Positions 1 to 6,783 of a DNA stretch of 56,789 nucleotides are shown here, in pieces. Each line of letters starts with the position of its first letter. The stretch's first letter is position 1. The DNA comes from an uncultured Christensenellaceae bacterium. GTDB lineage: Bacteria; Bacillota; Clostridia; Christensenellales; SZUA-584. The position numbers were made by a program, and so were the translations under genes. The notes under the pieces are model-generated. The model searched no databases, was not told the origin of the DNA, and saw only the letters and a program-made list of their open reading frames with translations. The DNA is taken from assembly GCA_964510055.1 (NCBI GenBank), contig CAZDZY010000004.1:1-56789 (forward strand), in the 5' to 3' direction.

Positions 1-49
1 GCTTTGCAGTCTCTTTATTTAACTGTTGCACTTGTTATTGTAATCTACC

Positions 50-167
50 CTGTCATACACTCGTTTGTAAACAAACGAGTTATGACTGATGAGGTGTAAA
101 ACTATTTTTGTCTTTATAGTAACACCTCATCCGGCGCTCCGCGCCACCTTCCCCTCAAGGGGAAGGC
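50..167. repeat. REP/REPIN-like palindromic doublet
   Basis: Left arm CTGTCA-hairpin-TGACTGATGAGGTGT; right arm ACACCTCATCCGGCGCTCCGCGCCACCTTCCCCTCAAGGGGAAGG. GATGAGGTGT and ACACCTCATC are reverse complements around an AT-rich spacer. Confidence 0.7.
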
Positions 168-203
168 TTACCGTAAATAGTCGCTTTCTGCTCTTTTCTC
201 CTG

Positions 204-380
204 CTATTTATCTTTAAATTTTATGTCCTTAAAATCTTCTTGGAAACTGAAACTGCCGCCCGGCAGCCGCGTTATGGGCGCGCTGTCCGAAAGCTTTTTC
301 AGCCGTTCCAAAATGTTCGGCTCATCCGGGCGCTTTTTCGCCTTCCTCGGCTTCCTTATCATCCTCGTCTTTTTCGCCAT
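204..380 (-). CDS. small basic hypothetical protein (58 aa, MAKKTRMIRKPRKAKKRPDEPNILERLKKL...)
   Basis: Translated by hand (not in the ORF track); G-rich RBS-like sequence before ATG; same orientation as the leftward phage-like genes. Confidence 0.5.
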   Translation of the reverse strand: MAKKTRMIRKPRKAKKRPDEPNILERLKKLSDSAPITRLPGGSFSFQEDFKDIKFKDK

Positions 381-459
381 GTCTGCAGCCCCCGACCCTT
401 TTATATAGTAAAACTTATGAGGCGGGGAGAGGGAATAGAAGAGAGGGCTGGGTGGATCA

Positions 460-620
460 GCCTCCTTTGGAAAGGAGGTGGACCCTGCGCCCGAGAGCGC
501 AGGGGACGGAGGATTGTTTAATTCTTAATTTTGCTTATCTATTGCTAATTATCTATTCTCAACAATCCTCAGTCAGCTCCGCTTTCAGCATTCGCTGACA
601 GCTCCTTTCCAAAGGAGCCT
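460..620. repeat. REPIN-like element, family A (CCTCCTTTGGAAAGGAGGTGGACCCTGCGC...GGGGACGGAGGATT / AATCCTCAGTCAGCT...CTCCTTTCCAAAGGAGCC)
   Basis: Two inverted hairpin arms around an AT-rich spacer; related copies at 6590-6768 and 10667-10909, partial copies near 15767-15812 and 19650-19695. Confidence 0.8.
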
Positions 621-726
621 ATATATCTAAAGAAGATTGCCTCCCTCGTTAAATGGTGGGGCCGCTTCAGCGGCAGAGGGGTCCGTCGTTTTCCCCCCCA
701 AAAAAGCGCATAAAAAAAAGGCTATA

Positions 727-924
727 TCAGTCTATAACCTTTTCCGGCGTCTTCGGCCAATCATAGCCCGCCTTTAGCGGCCTTATGTACCTTTCCGCCG
801 CGCTTCCTGCCTCCGCCGTAACGGCAGCCGTATCGTTCGCGCGCCTGCCTATCTTAAGCTCCGTGCGCAGCGAATATTCGTCAAGCCCTTCGCTTCTGCA
901 GTACGCTCTTAAGTTGTCGTACAT
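727..924 (-). CDS. hypothetical protein (65 aa)
   Basis: AGGGGGG RBS before ATG; has its own sigmaA-like promoter upstream. Confidence 0.55.
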   Translation of the reverse strand: MYDNLRAYCRSEGLDEYSLRTELKIGRRANDTAAVTAEAGSAAERYIRPLKAGYDWPKTPEKVID

Positions 925-963
925 GTTCTTTCCCCCCTTTCGTTGGGTAATCGGTAATATGGC

Positions 964-1035
964 TTTTGGGTATTACGCCCACTGACTATTATATGCAATA
1001 AAATGTAATTGTCAATACTAATTTTGGGTATTACG
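964..1035 (-). promoter_or_regulatory. sigmaA promoter (TTGACA-16-TATAAT) bracketed by a 14-bp direct repeat TTTTGGGTATTACG (putative operators)
   Basis: Plus-strand TGTCAA 1010-1015 and ATTATA 988-993; exact repeats at 964-977 and 1022-1035. Confidence 0.6.
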
Positions 1036-1244
1036 TATAATATTTTCGACCCGGGCAGAAGCGAACAATCAAATGCTGTTTATCAGCTCGGATGGTGGAC
1101 TATTCCCTCCTTTCCCACTATAAAAAAATTTTTTATATTTCTGTGACAAAGTCACTTATGCGGCAATCTTTATAAATGTTATATTCCGTATGCAGCTTAC
1201 AGGAACAACAAGTTTAAGCCATTAAAGATAATGTAAGCCGTGAT

Positions 1245-1577
1245 GGGTTGCCTCGCCTGCGTCGTCAGGGAGAACGTTAAAGGTATGCATCGGGTATCGA
1301 CGCAAATGCATGACATCAGGTATCAGCTGAAAACTTATATGCAAGACATCGGGTATCGACGGAAAAGCAAGGCATCAGGTATCGACGTAAATGCAGGGCA
1401 TCAGGTATCGACGCAAATGCAAGACATCAGGTATCAGCTGAAAGCGCAATTGTAAGACATCATGTATCCGCAGCTAACGTGAACGACAGGCATCTGGTAT
1501 TGGGAGAAAACGCAGTTTACATTCATTGATTTGGGGAGATGACAGATACACCGCAGGCGAGGGCCTGTATTTTTTTT
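1245..1577 (+). ncRNA. candidate structured non-coding RNA enclosing the repeat array
   Basis: CCTCGCCTGCG (1251-1261) is the perfect reverse complement of CGCAGGCGAGG (1552-1562); inner GTCGTC/GATGAC pairing; T8 tract follows; TG-n-TATATT extended -10 near 1176-1185. Strand and expression are inferred. Confidence 0.4.
1288..1501. repeat. tandem array of 8 CATC(A/G)GGTATC-like motifs with 26- or 33-bp periods
   Basis: Motif starts at 1288, 1314, 1347, 1373, 1399, 1425, 1458, 1491 (periods 26,33,26,26,26,33,33); the last two copies are degenerate. Confidence 0.9.
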
Positions 1578-1920
1578 GGGCTGGCGCCCTTGGCGTGAAA
1601 CCTCACGGTTTTACGCCATTTTTTCCGGCTTTGCTTGTTCCTCACCGGTCGCTAAGTTGTAAACCAAAATACAAGCCATGCTTTTCGCGCCCAGTTCGAA
1701 GATGCGCAAAACCGCAGGGTGTGGGCTGCGCGGGCAAAGCCCGACTCGTGGGCTGGCGCCCTTGGCGTTAAACCTCACGGTTTCCCGCCAGTCCTACCGG
1801 TTTTGCTTGTTCCTCCCTCCGCACAAAATTCCAGCCAAAATGCAAGCTATGCAATTTTGTGCTCTGGTCGAAGCTGCGCAAAACCGCAAGGTGTGGGCTG
1901 CGCGGGCAGAGCCCGACTTG
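1577..1920. repeat. tandem duplication of a 172-bp REPIN/MITE-like unit
   Basis: TGGGCTGGCGCCCTTGGCGT starts at 1577 and 1749; each unit has imperfect inverted arms CCTCACGGTTT.. / ..AAAACCGCAGGG with a more diverged centre. Confidence 0.85.
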
Positions 1921-2048
1921 CCCACGAAATTTTATATATAAATAGAAAGAAACGCCGTACTCCCATAGTCTCCTTCTTCCCTCCTCTCCCCCCCTTTGGA
2001 ACAAATCCGCTGCCGAACCAGTCCAATTATCATAAGGGGGTGCGATCC

Positions 2049-2447
2049 ATGTATAAGCTCAGCCGTATACTCGGCATAATCGGAAGCGCGATCTCGCTGC
2101 TCGAAAGCCTGTTTTTTACGATCATATTCACACATGCCGCTTTTCCCCCCGCCCTGTCAAACAGCCCTGCTAACTTTCTCATCTCCAATGGTTTTACTAT
2201 AGGCATCCTTCTTATGTTTTTCCTGGCGTGCGGGCTTGCCGCAAGCATCAACGTCTGTAAGACCCCTGTAATGTCAGGGGCGGCCATGATTGTATTAGGA
2301 ACGGTTATATTTATATTCGGATGTATCTTTATTCCCGGCGCCCCATTTCTGTCAAGGATGCCGCTCCTTATTCTCGTTGCCGCGGGAGCGCTTGCCCTTT
2401 TAGGTTACTTTGTATTTAAGAAGCCTCCCTGTAAAGACGAGCCATGA
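2049..2447 (+). CDS. 4-TM membrane protein (DUF4064-like), paralog of 3298..4062
   Basis: AAGGGGG RBS then MYKLSRILGIIGS; four hydrophobic segments; start corrected from the ORF-track 1719. Confidence 0.75.
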   Translation: MYKLSRILGIIGSAISLLESLFFTIIFTHAAFPPALSNSPANFLISNGFTIGILLMFFLACGLAASINVCKTPVMSGAAMIVLGTVIFIFGCIFIPGAPFLSRMPLLILVAAGALALLGYFVFKKPPCKDEP

Positions 2448-2541
2448 GGATATAAACCGGATGGGATTCGCCGGCGCCGTAGGGGTATCGCAAACTCAAA
2501 GTGACTTACCGCTCCCATATTAAAAAACTTGTATCGTGATT

Positions 2542-2567
2542 GTAGGGGCGGACGCCTCTGTCCGCCC
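2542..2567. repeat. GTAG-type REP sequence
   Basis: GTAG tetranucleotide followed by the palindrome GGGCGGAC-GCCTCT-GTCCGCCC. Confidence 0.7.
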
Positions 2568-2573
2568 GCGCTG

Positions 2574-3059
2574 TTATCCGCTCCCGGCCTTTTCTCCCGC
2601 CCAGCTTTGCCTCGCCGCCTCCAGTTTCTTCAGCGCCGCAGCTTTTATCCGCAGCGCCTGACTCTCCTCATAGCAAAGAGCTCTCTGCGTGTATTCCACG
2701 CTTCCGGGCATGTTCCCCCTCTCGCAATACCTTACCCTCACATACTCCCGCTCTCTTCCCGAAAGCCCCGCGCTTTCTATCAGCTCCTCTATGTGCCTTA
2801 TCACGCCGCGCGCGTTGCCGAGCCTGCGCTTTATCTCGTTTAAGTCCTCGCTCCGCTCTTCCAGCAGTATCACGGCTGCTTCCACCGGCCGTGGTATGCG
2901 GTTTTTATCCCTTAAATACCTGTAATCGTGCCCCGGCAGGTAAGCGGCACATTCGTCGTATTGCCGTGCCGCCCTCTCGAGTTCCGCCTCATAGTGCCTT
3001 ATATCCCTTTTGGCGTAGTAGTATTCGGTCAATTCTTCCTCTATATCCGATCTCAGCAT
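2574..3059 (-). CDS. ArpU/RinA-like phage transcriptional activator (C-terminal sigma-region-4-like HTH)
   Basis: 161 aa; N-terminal L..YY + coiled coil, 'RPVEAAVI', then LSGREREYVRVRY...YEESQALRIKAAALKKL, the pattern of RinA/ArpU late-gene activators. Confidence 0.7.
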   Translation of the reverse strand: MLRSDIEEELTEYYYAKRDIRHYEAELERAARQYDECAAYLPGHDYRYLRDKNRIPRPVEAAVILLEERSEDLNEIKRRLGNARGVIRHIEELIESAGLSGREREYVRVRYCERGNMPGSVEYTQRALCYEESQALRIKAAALKKLEAARQSWAGEKAGSG

Positions 3060-3297
3060 TTTTCCCCCGTGATTTTATACGCCGTTACTCGATTTTCTCA
3101 TTCGTTTTGCTTGCGGGGCGGCCCTGCCCACCCGCTTCGCGCGCATAACCTGCGCCGCCCCGCTGCTATGAGCAGCAGCGGGAATATTCGCCATTGCCGC
3201 CCGCAGGAAGATACACTCCGGCAACGAGTCTCAGCACTGATACAATGGAACAAAAACCCGTACCCGGCAGTCAAATATTAAAAGGAGGCGCATCCTA

Positions 3298-4062
3298 ATG
3301 CTAAAAAACTTAAGCCGTATATTCGGCATAGCCGGAAGCGTTCTTACGATGGTGCCGTATGTTGCGTTCATAGTGTATTTGATAGTTGGCGGCCGCGGCA
3401 CAGGCATAGATCAAATCTTTATCATCATATACGCCGCACCCGCCCTGTTCTCTTCCGCCGGTATTATTGCCAGTTTTTTTATCCGCAAAAAGCCCTTTAC
3501 CGCAGGGATTATAATAGCCGTATCTGCCGGACTTAATATTATACCCCTGCCGAGTTCTTTCTTTTTGTTAGAGCTTATGATCCAGGTGAAAGCGATAGCC
3601 GCCCTGCTGCTTGTCGCCGCGGGAATATTTGCTCTTATCAGCTATAAAAGAACTCCTGAAGAACCCCAAAGCGACAGATCAAAGCGGGTGACTGCCGTAC
3701 AGGCTCTCGCGGCAGGTATCTTCAGCCGTACTATAGCCATCATCTGCGCGGCTCTCCATACGCTCCTCTGGGCAGTCTTCTGTATATTCGCTCTTTTCTC
3801 CGAGGTGAAATACTACCTTGTTATCCTGGCTTCCCCTTTCACCATCTCGGCACTCGGGCTTTGGGGAAGCCTGCTTTTACGTAAACATCCGGTACCGGGA
3901 GCATTGCTTATGTTTGTATCGGGGGGATTAGTGTATTTTATAGCGTCTTCAATCCTTCATTATTGGTGGATCCTTATCCTTCCCCTGCTTCTTATCGCCG
4001 CGAGTGTATTCGCCCTTATCAGCTTCTTCATCAGCCGCAAGGCATCCCCGGACAGAACGTAG
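3298..4062 (+). CDS. multi-TM membrane protein, internal duplication of the 4-TM unit
   Basis: AAAGGAGG RBS; halves begin LSRIFGIAGS and FSRTIAIICA and share KP/HP...G and LLL.AA.(I/V)FALIS motifs. Confidence 0.85.
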   Translation: MLKNLSRIFGIAGSVLTMVPYVAFIVYLIVGGRGTGIDQIFIIIYAAPALFSSAGIIASFFIRKKPFTAGIIIAVSAGLNIIPLPSSFFLLELMIQVKAIAALLLVAAGIFALISYKRTPEEPQSDRSKRVTAVQALAAGIFSRTIAIICAALHTLLWAVFCIFALFSEVKYYLVILASPFTISALGLWGSLLLRKHPVPGALLMFVSGGLVYFIASSILHYWWILILPLLLIAASVFALISFFISRKASPDRT

Positions 4063-4076
4063 GCGACCGTTTCCGC

Positions 4077-4268
4077 TCACAGCCCGGCCTTGTCCAGCAT
4101 CCTATCGAGCTGCATCTCGAGCGCCTCCGTATACTTTACTATGAGCCCGGTAAGCACATGCCCCGCCGCCGCCACATCGGCGTCTTTCGTCTTTTCGAAC
4201 TCCTCGAGTACCAGCCTCATCGCCTCGGCTAAGGCGTCCAGCTTCCTGTCCTCTTTTGCGTATTCCAT
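4077..4268 (-). CDS. small helical hypothetical protein (63 aa)
   Basis: GGAGG RBS; amphipathic helical composition; lies in the leftward operon. Confidence 0.7.
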   Translation of the reverse strand: MEYAKEDRKLDALAEAMRLVLEEFEKTKDADVAAAGHVLTGLIVKYTEALEMQLDRMLDKAGL

Positions 4269-4320
4269 ATTCGCTACCTCCGATATCGTATAAAGACCTT
4301 TTGTTCGTTTACATTTCGTT

Positions 4321-4828
4321 TACCATGATGCAACGCGTGTTTCGTGATATAACATGTATGTGCTCACTGGGGCGAACACTGTTCGCCTGTGTTGCCATCC
4401 GCTTTCTTCTTTATAAGAAGGCCAGGGCCGGCTTATATTTTACTCCTGGGCGGCCAGTGGCCGCCCAAATAGCATTTGCCTCTATCCGCTTTCTTCTTTA
4501 TAAGACGGCCAAAGCCGTCTAAAAGTACCATGATGCAAAGCGTGTTTCGTGATATAACATGTATGTGCTCACTGGGGCGAACACTGTTCGCCTGTGTTGT
4601 CATCCGCTTTCTTCTTTTTTTAGACGGCTGGGGCCGGCTAAAAGTACCATTTTTAGACGGCCGGGGCGGCGGTTTTAATCTGTCCGCCGGCCCCTTTAGC
4701 CCGCCTTTGCGCCCCGCAGGATTTTAATGTGCCCCTTGAGGACTTACTAATAAATTCGGAGATCCAAAGCTCACGCGCTTGTGTAATCTCCACATATTCC
4801 GCTTTTTTAAGGAGGCCGGGGACGGCAG
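4321..4828. repeat. modular repeat array: 92-bp duplication (4321-4412 / 4526-4617) plus 4 copies of an ATCCGCTTTCTTCTTT-like + hairpin module
   Basis: Two mismatches in 92 bp at offset 205; module starts at 4397, 4484, 4602 and (degenerate) ~4797. Confidence 0.85.
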
Positions 4829-4910
4829 AAAAACTTGTAAAAGGACCGTCCCCGCTTTTTGCCCCAAAAGGTCTCACGGCCTTTCGGGGACCCCGTTACC
4901 GTTATATGCG

Positions 4911-5099
4911 TTACCATTCCTTCTTTTCCGCGTATGTGAGCCCGGCGCCCTCGATTTTCCCGCCGCATTCCTCGCATAGCCAGTTGTCGTAACACGGCTG
5001 CCCTATCCTTACGACGTTTCCGCACCCCAATGCCTCGCATACGAATGCGATCTCTGGTTCCTCAGCCTCTCCTTCAAACCTGTCAATATCTATATACAT
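4911..5099 (-). CDS. small Cys-rich (zinc-ribbon-like) phage-type protein
   Basis: CEALGC...CYDNWLCEECG; starts 9 nt after the upstream gene. Confidence 0.7.
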   Translation of the reverse strand: MYIDIDRFEGEAEEPEIAFVCEALGCGNVVRIGQPCYDNWLCEECGGKIEGAGLTYAEKKEW

Positions 5100-5108
5100 T
5101 TTCCCACT

Positions 5109-5297
5109 TCACTTTTTACTACTATATTCCCTGACACAGTCACGGGTTCCGCCCCCTGCCCGGCCCCGGCTTCCGTTTTTTCGCTCCGCCCCTGACTCAA
5201 TCCCTTTTATGAAAGCGAGCACCAGGCGTTTTTCCGGCTCTGTCAGCTTGTCCACCTTTTTCTTCAGTTCTTCGGCTTCAGCGGTATCTTTTTGCAT
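5109..5297 (-). CDS. small protein in the Cro position; resembles the XRE C-terminal dimerisation helix
   Basis: First gene behind a consensus promoter; GAGAGG RBS; KLTEPEKRLVLAFIKGI motif; no HTH visible. Confidence 0.75.
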   Translation of the reverse strand: MQKDTAEAEELKKKVDKLTEPEKRLVLAFIKGIESGAERKNGSRGRAGGGTRDCVREYSSKK

Positions 5298-5325
5298 CGC
5301 GGCCTCTCATTTATTTGTATTTCTT

Positions 5326-5406
5326 TGACTCGGTCACATTATAATATGACTCTGTCCAGTTGTCAAGCACTTTTTTATTGCTTAGTCAAGTTTTTTATGC
5401 TAGAAT
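5326..5406. promoter_or_regulatory. divergent sigmaA promoters with TGAC-N3-GTCA operators
   Basis: Minus: TTGACA (5361-5366)-17-TATAAT (5338-5343). Plus: TTGCTT (5378-5383)-17-TAGAAT (5401-5406) with TG extension. Operators TGACTCGGTCA 5326, TGACTCTGTCC 5347, partial TTGCTTAGTCAA 5378. Confidence 0.8.
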
Positions 5407-5447
5407 ATCAATGTTTATGGAATTTGGGTAGGAGGTAATTTAACGCA

Positions 5448-5825
5448 ATGAATATAGGCGAACGGTTATTTCATCTCAGGAAAGAAGTTTTGAAAATTAG
5501 TCAGGAAGAAATGGCAAAAATTTTAAAGATCGAATCCGCCTCTACTATCTCGCTTTTGGAAAAGAATAAAAGGCAATTTACCGACAGGATGGTCGCCGAT
5601 ATCTGCAGGGAGTTCAGCGTAAACGAAAAGTGGCTCCGAAACGGCGAAGGCAGTATGCTGGTAAAGGCGGAGCAGAACGAGCTTGCATTCCTGTTCGGGC
5701 AGCGTGTTTCAGGCATGAGCGAAACAGAGCGGGCAATACTGACCGCCTATTTAAAAATGACAAAGGACCAGAGGGAAGCGCTTATCGCTTTCATTGACAG
5801 TATCATATCAATCAGAGGCCGCTGA
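5448..5825 (+). CDS. XRE/Cro-CI family HTH repressor
   Basis: IGERLFHLRK...SQEEMAKIL...ISLLEK...FSVNEKWLRNGEG; short helical C-terminus, no S24 peptidase domain. Confidence 0.93.
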   Translation: MNIGERLFHLRKEVLKISQEEMAKILKIESASTISLLEKNKRQFTDRMVADICREFSVNEKWLRNGEGSMLVKAEQNELAFLFGQRVSGMSETERAILTAYLKMTKDQREALIAFIDSIISIRGR

Positions 5826-5930
5826 ATCGTATTCATTATTCGATAGCCCTAATATATAAAAGTAAACGAGCTTGAGTTGGTTATCGTCGAGGTTCTCTAA
5901 CAAGGCCGATATTGTGAATAGTAGTGTCAT
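5808..5930 (-). CDS. 40-aa peptide MTLLFTISALLENLDDNQLKLVYFYILGLSNNEYDSAASD; putative SOS-controlled antirepressor
   Basis: Translated by hand; strong AAGGAGGGGG RBS; LexA box upstream; overlaps the XRE 3' end by 18 nt. Confidence 0.6.
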   Translation of the reverse strand: MTLLFTISALLENLDDNQLKLVYFYILGLSNNEYDSAASD

Positions 5931-5952
5931 CACAGCCCCCTCCTTAACTAGG

Positions 5953-5966
5953 CGAACGTTTGTTCT
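5953..5966. promoter_or_regulatory. Gram-positive LexA (Cheo) box
   Basis: CGAACGTTTGTTCT fits GAAC-N4-GTTC; sits between a minus-strand TATATT -10 (5970-5975) and the RBS of the 40-aa ORF. Confidence 0.7.
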
Positions 5967-6199
5967 ATAAATATACGATAATCACTGTTCGTTTATATGG
6001 ACACCACAAATAATAAGATTAACGTATTATAACATGATGGTAAATATTACACAATTAAAACGACTAAAAAGTATAAAAAGTTCCAAGATAAAAATTTAAA
6101 CGGCAAAAGAATTCCGCCGCTTGAGGACGGCTGTATCGCTGCGGCCGCCGGTCCGGGGCGGATAACAAAAAGCAGCGCCCTTCCTTGATATGTATCGGC

Positions 6200-6550
6200 T
6201 TATTTCTTTTCAGGGCCGTCCTTTTTGACCATGGATAATATAAATAATACTATCACAGCAATAAGCGCTGCGTATTCCAGGCATTCCAGCCACACTATTG
6301 TTTCTTTAAGTATGAAATGCTGCAGGACCATTAAACAAAAAGCCAAAGAAGCGAAAATCGAAGCATAACTATACTTGTTCTTTTTCCTCATCAAAAAAGC
6401 TATTACGCCTAATAAAAGAGCAAACAGTATAAGCAGATAAGCAGCCCAAATGCCCAGCCCTGATAAAAAGCTCACGCCTCCATCCCACAGGATAACGGCG
6501 AGCAATAGTATAAATATGATTATAGTAACTATCAGCCGAACAGCTTTCAT
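6200..6550 (-). CDS. small 4-TM membrane protein
   Basis: AAGGAG RBS; four hydrophobic segments; AT-rich. Confidence 0.8.
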   Translation of the reverse strand: MKAVRLIVTIIIFILLLAVILWDGGVSFLSGLGIWAAYLLILFALLLGVIAFLMRKKNKYSYASIFASLAFCLMVLQHFILKETIVWLECLEYAALIAVIVLFILSMVKKDGPEKK

Positions 6551-6589
6551 ATCGGTCTCCTTCCTTCATCCGTAAAAAGCTGGCCGCAG

Positions 6590-6768
6590 GCCTCCCTTCC
6601 CTTCATCCCAAAAAGTCTCACGGCTTTTTGGGGACCCCGTTCAGGAGGTGGATCCTGCGCTATTTCAGGGGACGGAGGATTGTTTCGTACGCAGCTACTT
6701 TTTTATTATTATAACAACTCTATAACAACTCTTAGCAATCCTCAGTCAGCTCCTTTCCAAAGGAGCCT
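6590..6768. repeat. REPIN-like family A copy with nested CCCAAAAAGTCTCACGGCTTTTTGGGGACCCCG unit
   Basis: Arms match 460-620; the nested unit also occurs at ~4862-4895 and ~10987-11020. Confidence 0.8.
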
Positions 6769-6783
6769 ATACCTCCCCAAAGG

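Noticed and set aside
52..131. CTGATGAG after a hairpin, suggesting a hammerhead ribozyme
   Set aside because: No GAAA after a stem II; GATGAGGTGT instead pairs with ACACCTCATC as part of a REP doublet.
1240..1455. 71-aa ORF over the array
   Set aside because: No RBS; the 26-bp periods are not multiples of three, so the peptide repeats switch frame.
1288..1501. CRISPR array or type III toxin-antitoxin repeat array
   Set aside because: The conserved part is only 11 nt, the linkers are 15/22 nt and related to each other, and no cas or ToxN-like gene is visible nearby.
1526..2048. ORFs 1526..1771, 1678..1941 and the 5' extension of 1719..2447
   Set aside because: Read-through of the 172-bp repeats; the real gene starts at 2049 behind an RBS.
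4371..4387. GGCGAACACTGTTCGCC (also at 4576) as a LexA box
   Set aside because: The spacer is 3 nt rather than the 4 nt of GAAC-N4-GTTC; treated as a hairpin.
4397..4828. Degenerate CRISPR array from the ~37-nt module
   Set aside because: The intervening segments are about 50, 80 and 160 nt, one is duplicated, and there are no cas genes.
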